Below are positions 34,904 to 43,383 of a stretch of DNA of 64,000 bases, one piece after another. Origin of the DNA: Thermoplasmata archaeon (GTDB lineage Archaea; Thermoplasmatota; Thermoplasmata; Lutacidiplasmatales; UBA184). Location of the stretch: positions 19,781 through 83,780 of the forward strand of contig JAWOKS010000025.1 in NCBI GenBank assembly GCA_033854115.1, given 5' to 3'. The translations under genes were made by a program, and so were the position numbers. Within the stretch, counting starts at the first letter, position 1, and every line of letters starts with the position of its first letter. Below the pieces are notes generated by a model. That model searched no databases, had not been told where the DNA came from, and was given only the letters and a program-made list of their open reading frames with translations.

Positions 34904-35728
34904 TCACGCCGCGCGTGCGGAGACCGGAGGATGGGCCGGGGTGCCCTTCGTTTCCTCAAGGAGGTCGAGCGCTTCGCGCACCGTCGCCTTCTCGTGCACG
35001 ATCGCGCGGAGGGCCCTCAGCATCGCGACCGGGTGGTCGGACTGCCAGATGTTGCGGCCCATATCGAGGCCGCGGGCTCCTTCGGCGATCGCGCGGTAGG
35101 CGAGCTCGAGCGCGGCCCGGTCGTTGTCGAGCTTCGGCCCCCCGGCGACGACGATCGGGACCGGACAGCCCTCGACGACCTTCGGGAACCCGTCGCAGTA
35201 GTAGGTCTTCACGAGGTGGGCGCCGAGCTCCGCCGACACCCGGCAGGCGAGCGCGAGGTAGCGAGCGTCGCGCTTCTCGAGCTCCTTGCCGACCGCGGTG
35301 ATCGCCATCACGGGGATCCCGGCGTCCTCGCCGTCGTCGACCAGGCGCCCGAGGTTGGCGAGCGACTGGTGCTCGTGCGGGGCTCCGACGAACACCGAGA
35401 GCGCGACCGCGCTCACGTTGAGGCGGGCGGCGTCGCGCATCGACGTCGTGAGCGTCTCGTTCGAGAGATCGTCGTGGAGGACCGTGACCCCGCCTGAGAC
35501 CCGCAGGACGACCGGCGTCGCGCTCGACGGCGGGACGCAGGTCCGGAGCACCCCCCGCGTGAGCGCGACCGCGTCCGCGTGCGGCAGGAGCGGGGCGATC
35601 GTCGCCCGGGCGTCCTCGAGGCGACGCGTCGGGCCCATGAAGTAGCCGTGGTCGACCGCGAGCATGACCGTGTTACCGCTCCCGGTCGGGAACATCCGCG
35701 CGATGCGGTTGCGCATCCCCCAGTCCAT
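34904..35728 (-). CDS. Class I aldolase of the DhnA/FbaB/ADH-synthase family
   Basis: The layout MLAVDHGYFMGP...LRVSGG...ALSVFVG...GIPVMAI...GAHLVKTYY (Schiff-base Lys)...PIVVAGGPK...GLDMGRNIWQ closely parallels archaeal FBP aldolase / 2-amino-3,7-dideoxy-hept-6-ulosonate synthase. I place the start at ATG 35728. The 500-aa track ORF reads through lrp out of frame. Confidence 0.8.
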   Translation of the reverse strand: MDWGMRNRIARMFPTGSGNTVMLAVDHGYFMGPTRRLEDARATIAPLLPHADAVALTRGVLRTCVPPSSATPVVLRVSGGVTVLHDDLSNETLTTSMRDAARLNVSAVALSVFVGAPHEHQSLANLGRLVDDGEDAGIPVMAITAVGKELEKRDARYLALACRVSAELGAHLVKTYYCDGFPKVVEGCPVPIVVAGGPKLDNDRAALELAYRAIAEGARGLDMGRNIWQSDHPVAMLRALRAIVHEKATVREALDLLEETKGTPAHPPVSARAA

Positions 35729-35769
35729 CGCCGCCTCGCCCCGATCGTACGGGACCCGGCTAGATAGCG

Positions 35770-36285
35770 TTACGGGAGCTCCGCGGCCCTCGGCCGCTCC
35801 GTCCCGGCCCTCGGCCCGGGACGAAGGACGACGGGGACCCTTCGCTCTTCCTTCACGCGGTTCAGGACGACCTGGGTGTTCGAGCGCTCGACGTGCGGGT
35901 CCTGGAGGGCGTGCTTCACGAACCGATCGAGGTCCCCGCGGTCCCGGAACCGCCCGATGAGGAGCGCGTCGTAGTCGCCCGTGACGTCGTAGATCGCGTA
36001 GGCGTGCGGGTCCCTCGCGAGCCGGTCCTCCACCTCGCGCAGCTTCCCTTTCGAGATGCGGACCCCGACCACGGCGCAGAGGTCCCAGCCGAGCTGCTCG
36101 TCGTCGAGGACCGGGACGTAGCCCCGGATGATCCCCTCGGCCTCCATCTGGGCGACGCGGGAGCCCACGGTCGTCGGTGAGATCTTGAGGCGCTGGGCGA
36201 TCGCGCGGTGGCTCCGCCGGGCGTCGACGTTGAGCTCCTCGAGGATCGACCGGTCGAGCTCGTCCAGGCTGGACGCACGGCCCAT
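35770..36285 (-). CDS. lrp: Lrp/AsnC-family transcriptional regulator
   Basis: Contains LDRSILEELNVDARRSHRAIAQRLKISPTTVGSRVAQMEAEGIIRGYVPVLD (HTH_AsnC), followed by a RAM/AsnC_trans_reg domain (DYDALLIGRFRDRGDLDRFV). Confidence 0.85.
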   Translation of the reverse strand: MGRASSLDELDRSILEELNVDARRSHRAIAQRLKISPTTVGSRVAQMEAEGIIRGYVPVLDDEQLGWDLCAVVGVRISKGKLREVEDRLARDPHAYAIYDVTGDYDALLIGRFRDRGDLDRFVKHALQDPHVERSNTQVVLNRVKEERRVPVVLRPGPRAGTERPRAAELP

Positions 36286-36308
36286 GCGGCTTGAACGGAG
36301 AGGTCGTG

Positions 36309-36314
36309 CTTAAG
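36309..36314 (-). promoter_or_regulatory. Palindromic CTTAAG box upstream of lrp
   Basis: It lies 24-29 nt upstream of the lrp ATG (36285), consistent with a leaderless transcript. Confidence 0.35.
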
Positions 36315-36322
36315 GCTTGTTC

Positions 36323-36352
36323 CAGGAAAGATGGACGTTCGTCCAATTCCTG
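36323..36352. promoter_or_regulatory. Nested imperfect inverted repeat in the lrp-glnA spacer (candidate operator)
   Basis: The sequence is CAGGAA-AGAT-GGACG-TT-CGTCC-AA-TTCCTG. The outer 6-nt arms and inner 5-nt arms are exact reverse complements. Confidence 0.4.
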
Positions 36353-36404
36353 TCCCTGAGCCTTGAAGTAGGCCGAGCGGTTCAACCCGCCGGGGGAGCG
36401 CGGC

Positions 36405-37865
36405 ATGGCGGGGCGTCCCGGAGCGAAGGCGGAGAGCGGGGAGGCGGTCGTCGATCGTCTGGCGGCCGAGAACGTGCGGTGGGTCCAGTTGTTCTACACC
36501 GACGTGTTCGGGGGGTTCAATCAGGTCTCCATCCCCCGCGAGGGGCTCGATCCCGAGATGTTCCGTACGGGGGTGCCGAAGCTCGACGGCTCCTCGGTCC
36601 GCGGCTTCCGTGAGATCTCCGATTCCGACATGCTGCTCGTCCCGGACGCGTCGACCGTCGCGACGATCCCCTGGGACCCGGAGGCCGGACGCACGGTCCG
36701 CTTCATCTGCGACGTGCGCCTCGGCGCGTCCAAAGAGCCCTACGAGCACGACCCCCGAGGGGTCGCCCGCCGCGTCGAGCGGATCCTCGCGGACGCGGGG
36801 TACGCGTGGTCGTACTGGGGTCCCGAGGTGGAGTTCTTCGTCTTCGACGAGGTCGAGCTGGTCCCGTCGTACGACGCGGTTCGCCACGCCTGGGCCGGGG
36901 CCGGTTACCTCATCCGCCAGACGGAGTCCCCCTGGCAGCCCGGCAACTCGCACGCCCCGATCCGCTTCAAGGAGGGGTACCACCGCAGCCCGCCGGTCGA
37001 CTCGCTCCACGGCCTTCGGACGGAGATGTGCAACATCCTCGCGGACGACTTCCACCTCGTCCTCGACGCCCACCACCACGAGGTCGCCACCGCGAGCCAA
37101 TCGGAGATCAACCTCCGCTTCGACGAGCTCGTCCCGATGGCCGACCACATCCAGGACCTCCGCTACGTGATCAAGAACGTCGCCCACCGCCACGGCAAGG
37201 TCGCGTGCCTCATGCCGAAGCCGATCTACGGCGACAACGGCATCGGCATGCACACCAACCAGTCGCTCTGGAAGGACGGGACGAACGCGTTCTTCGACGC
37301 GAGCGACCCGTACGCCGAGGTCAGCGAGACGTGCCGGTACTACATCGGGGGTCTCCTCGAGCACGCCCGGGCCCTCTGCGCGATCACGAACCCGATCACG
37401 AACTCCTACCGCCGTCTCGTGCCGGGCTACGAGGCTCCCGTCTTCATCGCCTGGAGCCGGGCGAACCGCTCCGCGAACGTCCGCATCCCGTTCTACCACC
37501 GGGGACGCCCCGAGGCGAAGCGCATCGAGTACCGCACGCCGGACTCGGCTGCGAACATCTACCTCACGGAAGCCGCCCTCGCCCTCGCCGGGCTCGACGG
37601 GATCCGCCGGAAGATCGAGCCGCCTCCCCCGGTCGATCAGAACATCTACAAGCTCACGCCCGCCCAGCGTCGCGAGCTCGGCGTCCGCGAGCTTCCGGGC
37701 TCGCTCGGCGAGGCGCTCGACTGCCTCGCCTCCGACCAGGAGTTCCTGAAGCCGGCGTTCGCTCCGAGCCTCCTCGAGACGTACCTCGAGCTCAAGAGGG
37801 AGGAACAGCTCGAGCTGAACCTCCGCCCCCACCCGTACGAGTTCTACCGGTACCTCGACGTCTAG
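36405..37865 (+). CDS. glnA: Glutamine synthetase, type I
   Basis: Contains VRWVQLFYTDVFGGFNQVSIP, FFVFDEV, KPIYGDNGIGMHTNQSLWK, and NSYRRLVPGYEAPVFIAWSRANRSANVRIP. Confidence 0.9.
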   Translation: MAGRPGAKAESGEAVVDRLAAENVRWVQLFYTDVFGGFNQVSIPREGLDPEMFRTGVPKLDGSSVRGFREISDSDMLLVPDASTVATIPWDPEAGRTVRFICDVRLGASKEPYEHDPRGVARRVERILADAGYAWSYWGPEVEFFVFDEVELVPSYDAVRHAWAGAGYLIRQTESPWQPGNSHAPIRFKEGYHRSPPVDSLHGLRTEMCNILADDFHLVLDAHHHEVATASQSEINLRFDELVPMADHIQDLRYVIKNVAHRHGKVACLMPKPIYGDNGIGMHTNQSLWKDGTNAFFDASDPYAEVSETCRYYIGGLLEHARALCAITNPITNSYRRLVPGYEAPVFIAWSRANRSANVRIPFYHRGRPEAKRIEYRTPDSAANIYLTEAALALAGLDGIRRKIEPPPPVDQNIYKLTPAQRRELGVRELPGSLGEALDCLASDQEFLKPAFAPSLLETYLELKREEQLELNLRPHPYEFYRYLDV

Positions 37866-37913
37866 GCGGCGGACGGGGCCGGGCCGGCGGGAGGGGCCGG
37901 CACGAGGCGCACC

Positions 37914-39464
37914 GTGGTGAACGCGACGCGGTTCGAGGGGGGCCGGATCTACACAGGGCGCCGGTACGTGGAAGCGCTCGTGGTCGAGGACGGGCGGGTC
38001 GTCGCCGCCGGGGCGCTCGGAGCGATCGGCCGGGCGACGCCGACCGGGGCCGACCGGGTCGACCTCGGGGGCCGCCTCGCGGTCCCCGGGCTCGCGGACG
38101 CCCACCTCCACCTCGCCGAGATCGTGCGGACGCGCGAGGGGCTCGAGGTCGGCTCCGCCCGCAGCATCCCCGAGCTGCTCGGGCGCCTCGCCCTCCCGCG
38201 GCCGGACCGGGGGGTGGGGGCGATCGTCGGCCGGGGGCTCGACCCGGAGCGCCTCGCCGAGCGCCGGTGGCCGACCCCCGCTGAGCTCGACTCGGTGGTC
38301 GCCGACCGGCCTGTCGTCCTCTACCATGCGAGCGGCCACGCCGCCCTCCTCAACTCCCGGGCCTGGGAAGAGGTGCTCGCGACCCCGTCACGCCCGCGGG
38401 GGTCCGACCGCCTCCCCGCCGGCGTCGTCGCCGAAGAGGGCCTTGCCACGCTCCGGCCGATCGCCCGAGAGGCCCTCCCTCTCCGCGCCGAAGCCGTCGC
38501 GGCGGTGCTCCGGGAGCTCGTCCGCCTTGGCCTCACCGCGGTGGGGACGATGACCACCTCCCGGGAGGAGCTCGACCTCCTCGAGGAGCTTGACCGCCGG
38601 GGGCACCTCCCGCTCCGGGTCGTCGCGTACCCTCCCCTCGACGACCTCTCGCGGATCCCGGGCCCGGCGGGAATCGGCCCCGCGGCGCGGCTCCGCATCG
38701 GCGGAGTGAAGGTCTTCCTGGACGGCGCGTTCGGTCCGCGGACCGCCTCCCTCGCCGCCCCGTACGCGGACGACCCTTCGACCGCAGGGATCGACCGGGG
38801 GGACGACGCCGAGCTCGCCCCCCTCCTCGAGGAGGCGCGGCGCCGCGGGCTCACCCCGGCGCTGCATGCCATCGGGGATCGCGCGGTCGGCCGGGCGATC
38901 CGGCTCGTCGCCCGCTCCGCGGGCGCCGCCCCGCCGCCCCGCCTCGAACACGCGAGCCTCACGCCCCCCTCGCTCCTCGGACCGCTCCGCGCGGTCGGGG
39001 CGCGCCTCGTGGTCCAGCCCGGGTTCGTCTGGAGCGACCACTGGCTCGGCCGTCGGCTCGACCACGACCGGGTCCGGTGGGCCTACGCGTTCCGCACCCT
39101 CCGCGACGCTGGTCTCGAGCTGGCGGGCTCGAGCGACGCTCCGTTCGACCCCCTCGATCCGTGGAGGGGGGTCCGCGCGGCGGTCGAGCGGCGGGACGAG
39201 CTCGGGCGGTCCGCGAACTCGAGCCCGGGCGAGGCGCTCCCCGCCGAAGAGGCTCTCGGGCTTTACACGCGAGGGGCGTCCCTCGCGCTCGGCCGGCCGG
39301 GGGCCGGCTCCCTCGAACCCGGGAGCCCGGCCGACCTCGCGGTCCTCGAGGCCCCCCGGCTCGCGGACGCCTTGCGCGCGTCGGGACCGATCGTGCGCGC
39401 GACGTGGGTCGCCGGCGTCGCGTTCCGGGACGACGGGCACGACCGCCCCGGGCAAAGCGTCTAA
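37914..39464 (+). CDS. Metal-dependent amidohydrolase (Amidohydro_3-like TIM-barrel hydrolase)
   Basis: Contains AVPGLADAHLHL (HxH metal motif), KVFLDGAFGPRTA, ALHAIGDRAV, and a C-terminal GSLEPGSPADLAVL. GTG start. Confidence 0.8.
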   Translation: MVNATRFEGGRIYTGRRYVEALVVEDGRVVAAGALGAIGRATPTGADRVDLGGRLAVPGLADAHLHLAEIVRTREGLEVGSARSIPELLGRLALPRPDRGVGAIVGRGLDPERLAERRWPTPAELDSVVADRPVVLYHASGHAALLNSRAWEEVLATPSRPRGSDRLPAGVVAEEGLATLRPIAREALPLRAEAVAAVLRELVRLGLTAVGTMTTSREELDLLEELDRRGHLPLRVVAYPPLDDLSRIPGPAGIGPAARLRIGGVKVFLDGAFGPRTASLAAPYADDPSTAGIDRGDDAELAPLLEEARRRGLTPALHAIGDRAVGRAIRLVARSAGAAPPPRLEHASLTPPSLLGPLRAVGARLVVQPGFVWSDHWLGRRLDHDRVRWAYAFRTLRDAGLELAGSSDAPFDPLDPWRGVRAAVERRDELGRSANSSPGEALPAEEALGLYTRGASLALGRPGAGSLEPGSPADLAVLEAPRLADALRASGPIVRATWVAGVAFRDDGHDRPGQSV

Positions 39465-39535
39465 CCCCGCCCCGTTCTCCGAGGGCCGTGCCCGACCCCT
39501 CCGAGGTGCCTCCGCTCCGGGAGCTCTCCCCGTCG

Positions 39536-40135
39536 ATGCGCGTCGACCTGTTCGTCTCCGACTGGAAGGCGAGCCTCGCGCCGGAGCTGCCCGAAGAGGA
39601 GCGGGAGGGTCGCCTCTACGGCCAGGCGTGGGACGCCTACCAGGAAGGGGACCATGGGTTCGGCCTCTGGTGCTGGCACGAGTGCGACCGCCTGACGAAC
39701 AACCTCGAAGGGAACGTGCGTGAGGTGACGCGGATCCTCGGCCCGGGCCGCTACTTCGGCTTCTCGCACCGCCGGGCGATCGCGCTCGAGGTCCCGATCG
39801 AGCGGATCTACCGGCCCCGGAAGGGCGACATGAGCACCCCGCGGACGGATGCCTTCGTCCTCCCCCACTACCAGGTCCTCTGCGTCTACTTCGCGAAGGC
39901 GTCGACCGGCGACCCGACCGCGAAGGCGCTCCTCGAGATCGCCCTCGGAGAGCTCGAGGACCGCCGTCGGGCCGACCCCTTCCTTCGCCACTTCGAGACG
40001 TTCCGTGACCTCTGGCAGCGGACAAGCCCCGGAGCCGCCCGGAAGAGCGGGGAATCGAAGGCGCCGGAAGCTTCGCGGGCTCTGGACGCGGGACCGGTCG
40101 CTCGGCCGCGCCGGCCGGGCCGAAGCCGCCATTAG
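39536..40135 (+). CDS. Hypothetical protein
   Basis: The C-terminal part of ORF 39077..40135 has normal composition (MRVDLFVSDWKASLAPELPEEEREGRLYGQAWDAYQEGDHGFGLWCWHECDRLTNNLEG...). I recognised no family. An in-frame GTG at 39488 is an alternative start. Confidence 0.55.
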   Translation: MRVDLFVSDWKASLAPELPEEEREGRLYGQAWDAYQEGDHGFGLWCWHECDRLTNNLEGNVREVTRILGPGRYFGFSHRRAIALEVPIERIYRPRKGDMSTPRTDAFVLPHYQVLCVYFAKASTGDPTAKALLEIALGELEDRRRADPFLRHFETFRDLWQRTSPGAARKSGESKAPEASRALDAGPVARPRRPGRSRH

Positions 40136-40164
40136 CCGCGGGCGCTCGGCCGGCCCGGGGCACG

Positions 40165-41382
40165 ATGCGCTCGGTCGTCCTCGGAGGCGGCGGGCTCGTC
40201 GGGCGCGCGACCGTCCGCCACCTCGCGGCCGCCGGCCCGTTCGACGAGGTCGTCGCCGCCGACCTCGACCCCGGGCTCGCGGCGTCCGCGGCACGGGACG
40301 CGGGTCGACGGGCGGTCGCCGCCCCGGTGGACGCCCGGGACCGGGGCGCCCTCGTCCGCCTTCTCGAAGGCGCGTCGGTCCTCGTGAACGCGACCCCGTA
40401 CCCCGCCAACCTCGACGTGATGGCGGCGGCGCTCGAGGCCCGCGTCCCCTACCTCGACTTCGGAGGGCTCTTCCACGTCACCCGGAGGCAGCTCGAGCTC
40501 GACGGGGCGTTCCGCCGCGCCGGCCAGCTCGCGATCCCCGGGCTAGGCCAGGTGCCCGGGATCTCCAACGTTCTCGCGGCGGCCGCCGCGGAACGGTTCG
40601 ACCACCTGGAGAGCCTCGTCCTCCGCGACGGGTGGAGGGACCTCGCTCCGTCCGGTCCCGATCTCGCGTTCACCTGGTCGCCGGCGACGCTCTTCGACGA
40701 GCTGGTGCGCCCCGCGGTCGCCTTCGAGGACGGAGCGTACCGCGAGCACCCGCCCCTCAGCGACGCGGAGGAGTTCGAGTTCGCTCCCCCCGTCGGCCCG
40801 ACGCGGGTCTACCGCACCCTCCACTCGGAGCCCGCGACGCTCCCCGAGAGCCTGGCCGCGAAGGGGCTCCGGAGGTGCGAGTGGAAGGAAGGCGGACCCG
40901 GCCTCGAGGTGCTCCGGGCGATCGCCCAGCTCGGCCTCGTCTCGGACCGGGCCGTGAGCGTGAACGGCTCCCTGGTCGTGCCGCGCGAGCTCACGATCGC
41001 CGTCCTGCGCCGGGAGAACCTCCTTGGGGCGCGGCCGGGAGCGCCCGTCCGCGACTGGGAGGTGCTCGACCTCGAGCTCCGGGGCCGGGCGCACGGTGGG
41101 CCTTGGGAGTGCCACGCCATCGCCCGGTTCCCGCCGCGGCCCGACTGGCACCTCCCGGCGACCCCCTACGCCGTGGGGGCCGCGGGGGCGATCGGGGCGG
41201 AGATGATCGCCTCGGGGGCGATCCGGGGTGCCGGGGTGATCCCCCCCGAGCGGTGCGTGCCGACCGCGCCGTTCCTCGAGGCCCTCCGACGCCGCGGGAT
41301 CGCCACCGCGATCGTCCCCCCCGGACCGCCCCTCCCGACCCTCGCCGACCACGAAGCGCAAGTCCGAGCGCTGAACGCATGA
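40165..41382 (+). CDS. Saccharopine dehydrogenase-like NAD(P)-binding oxidoreductase
   Basis: MRSVVLGGGGLVGRATVRHLAAAG...VVAADLD is a Rossmann fold. The later GLGQVPGISNVLAAAAA motif is typical of the Sacchrp_dh family. Confidence 0.75.
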   Translation: MRSVVLGGGGLVGRATVRHLAAAGPFDEVVAADLDPGLAASAARDAGRRAVAAPVDARDRGALVRLLEGASVLVNATPYPANLDVMAAALEARVPYLDFGGLFHVTRRQLELDGAFRRAGQLAIPGLGQVPGISNVLAAAAAERFDHLESLVLRDGWRDLAPSGPDLAFTWSPATLFDELVRPAVAFEDGAYREHPPLSDAEEFEFAPPVGPTRVYRTLHSEPATLPESLAAKGLRRCEWKEGGPGLEVLRAIAQLGLVSDRAVSVNGSLVVPRELTIAVLRRENLLGARPGAPVRDWEVLDLELRGRAHGGPWECHAIARFPPRPDWHLPATPYAVGAAGAIGAEMIASGAIRGAGVIPPERCVPTAPFLEALRRRGIATAIVPPGPPLPTLADHEAQVRALNA

Positions 41383-41504
41383 AATCTAGCAGCATTCACA
41401 GCGAAACCGCCACCGAAAGGTCGATTTCGATGCGATTTCGCTAGGGACTCTTGCGTCCCATCCAGGGTAGGTACATCTCGATATCGTTTCCGGCGGCCGG
41501 CCAT

Positions 41505-41514
41505 CTATATATAC
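41505..41514 (+). promoter_or_regulatory. TATA box (CTATATATAC)
   Basis: A strong A/T block in the low-GC spacer, 40-49 nt upstream of ATG 41554. Confidence 0.45.
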
Positions 41515-41553
41515 GTACCCGGGGGTGAAGGCCGAGCCGGAGATGCGTTCTTC

Positions 41554-43131
41554 ATGGTGGACCCGGAACCCGCCCTCGTGCCGTCGTCGTGGCGCGCCGC
41601 CACGAAGCCGGACGACGGGCCGCCCGGGGTCCTCCTGAGGGCCGAAGGCGCCGTCGATCCTCCGAAGGAGATCGCGCCGGCCCCGTCCCCCACCGAGGCT
41701 CACGGACCGCTCGCCAAGGAGGCGCCGGCCGGTCCCCCCGCGGCGCCGGAGGCCGAGGCGCCCACCCCTCTCCCGATCCCGATCGCGCGGCTCGTTCCGA
41801 AGCTCAAGAAGAGCGCGAAGCTCTTCGCGGAGGGGCGCCAGCTGATCCCGAACGCCTCGAGCTCCCTCATCCGGGTCGCGTCCTACGACCCCGTGCCGCC
41901 GTTCATCGCGCGGGCGAAGGGGAGCCGGATCTGGGACGAGGACGGCAACGAGTACCTCGACTTCAACCTCGCCTACGGGGTGCTCATCAACGGCCACGCG
42001 CCGAGCGAGCAGGTCCGGGCGATCCACGAGGCCGCGCAGTTCGGGCTCCACTTCGCCTCGCCCACCTCCCTCGAGATCGAGGTGGCGAAGCTGTTCCGGC
42101 GGCTCGTGCCGAACGCCGAGCGCGTCGCGTTCTGCTCGAGCGGCTCCGATGCGACGATGAACGCGATCCGGATCGCGCGTGCCGTGACGGGGAAGGACGC
42201 GATCCTGAAGTTCGAGGGCCACTACCATGGTCAGCACGACCTCGCGCTCATCAGTGCCGAGGCGCCGCCCGTCGTCGCGGGGCTCGACGAGTACCCCCGT
42301 CCGCTCCCGAACTCCGCCGGGATCCCGCCCGGCGTCACCGACTACGTCCTGGTCGCGCCGTACAACTCGATCACCGCGTTCGAGCGGATGGTGCGCCGCT
42401 ACCGGGACCGTCTCGCGGCGGTCATCCTCGAGCCTGTCATGGCAAACGCGGGGGTCATCCCGCCTGCGCCGGAGTTCCTGAAGCGCCTGGTCGAGATCGC
42501 CCACCAGAACGAGATGCTCGTGATCTTCGACGAGGTCTTCACCGGCTTCCGGGTCGCGCCCGGGGGGGCGCAGCAGCTCTACGGGGTCGAGCCGGACCTC
42601 TCCTGCTGGGCGAAGGCGCTGGGAGGGGGCGTGCCGGTCTCGGCCGTCTCGGGCCGGGCCGAGTACATGGACCTGATCGCCCCGGGCCGGATCTCCTTCG
42701 GGGGGACCTACAACGCGAACAACCTGTCGATGGCCGGCACGCTCGCGAACCTCAAGATGCTCGCCCGAGGCGGCCCGGAGCTCTACGCGAAGCTCGCCCA
42801 GCTCACCCGCAAGCTCGAGCAGGGCCTTGAGGAGGCCGCGCGGGACGCGAAGGTCTCGGTCCTCGTCCAGTCGGTCCCCGGGATGCTCCAGTTCTTCTTC
42901 ACCCGCCGCAAGAAGATCGTCAACTACCGCGAGGCGCTCCAGATCGACTGGAACCTCTACCTCCGGCACCACCAGCTGCTCCTCGACCGGGGGATCTACG
43001 TCCATCCGGACAACTACGAGCGGCTCACGTTCTCGAGCGCCCACACCGAGAAGGACATCGAACGCCTGGTCTCGATTGCGTCGGAGACGCTGCGGGAGCT
43101 CCGCACCCTCCCGAGGGACTACCTGCCCTGA
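41554..43131 (+). CDS. Class III (GSA-aminomutase/HemL-like) PLP aminotransferase with a ~85-aa Pro/Ala-rich N-terminal extension
   Basis: Contains KSAKLFAEGRQLIPNASSS..., FCSSGSDATMNAIRIARAVTGKDAILKFEGHYHG, IFDEVFTGFR, and CWAKALGGG (PLP Lys). No in-frame canonical start lies nearer to the conserved core. Confidence 0.85.
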   Translation: MVDPEPALVPSSWRAATKPDDGPPGVLLRAEGAVDPPKEIAPAPSPTEAHGPLAKEAPAGPPAAPEAEAPTPLPIPIARLVPKLKKSAKLFAEGRQLIPNASSSLIRVASYDPVPPFIARAKGSRIWDEDGNEYLDFNLAYGVLINGHAPSEQVRAIHEAAQFGLHFASPTSLEIEVAKLFRRLVPNAERVAFCSSGSDATMNAIRIARAVTGKDAILKFEGHYHGQHDLALISAEAPPVVAGLDEYPRPLPNSAGIPPGVTDYVLVAPYNSITAFERMVRRYRDRLAAVILEPVMANAGVIPPAPEFLKRLVEIAHQNEMLVIFDEVFTGFRVAPGGAQQLYGVEPDLSCWAKALGGGVPVSAVSGRAEYMDLIAPGRISFGGTYNANNLSMAGTLANLKMLARGGPELYAKLAQLTRKLEQGLEEAARDAKVSVLVQSVPGMLQFFFTRRKKIVNYREALQIDWNLYLRHHQLLLDRGIYVHPDNYERLTFSSAHTEKDIERLVSIASETLRELRTLPRDYLP

Positions 43132-43383
43132 TCGCGGGGGCGGCACGGTCGGAAACCTTCCGGAAGAGCTCCCTTGGGCCGCGAGGGACGCGCGGTCCGC
43201 GGGATTCGGGCGGTTGGGAGGCGAGCGTCACGCGCGGAAAGTCTAAGCCCCCTCGGGCCGTTATCGACCCCTTCGGGCCGAGGCCGTCGCGATGAGCGCG
43301 TCGCAGTCCGTGGGACGCCGACCCCCGGCCTCGCCTCGGTCCGCCGTAGCGCCCCGGTCCGTCGGTCGCGTCCGGGCGCGACC

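Noticed and set aside
36323-36352. Interpreting the lrp-glnA inverted repeat as a methanogen-type NrpR operator (GGAA-N6-TTCC).
   Set aside because: The GGAA and TTCC half-sites are present but are separated by 18 nt rather than 6, so the specific NrpR assignment is not supported. I kept it only as a generic candidate operator.
34904-36406. 500-aa ORF suggesting a large fusion protein.
   Set aside because: Only the last 274 codons (from ATG 35728) match the class I aldolase family. The upstream part runs out of frame across the well-supported lrp gene (35770..36285) and is Arg/Pro/Gly-rich.
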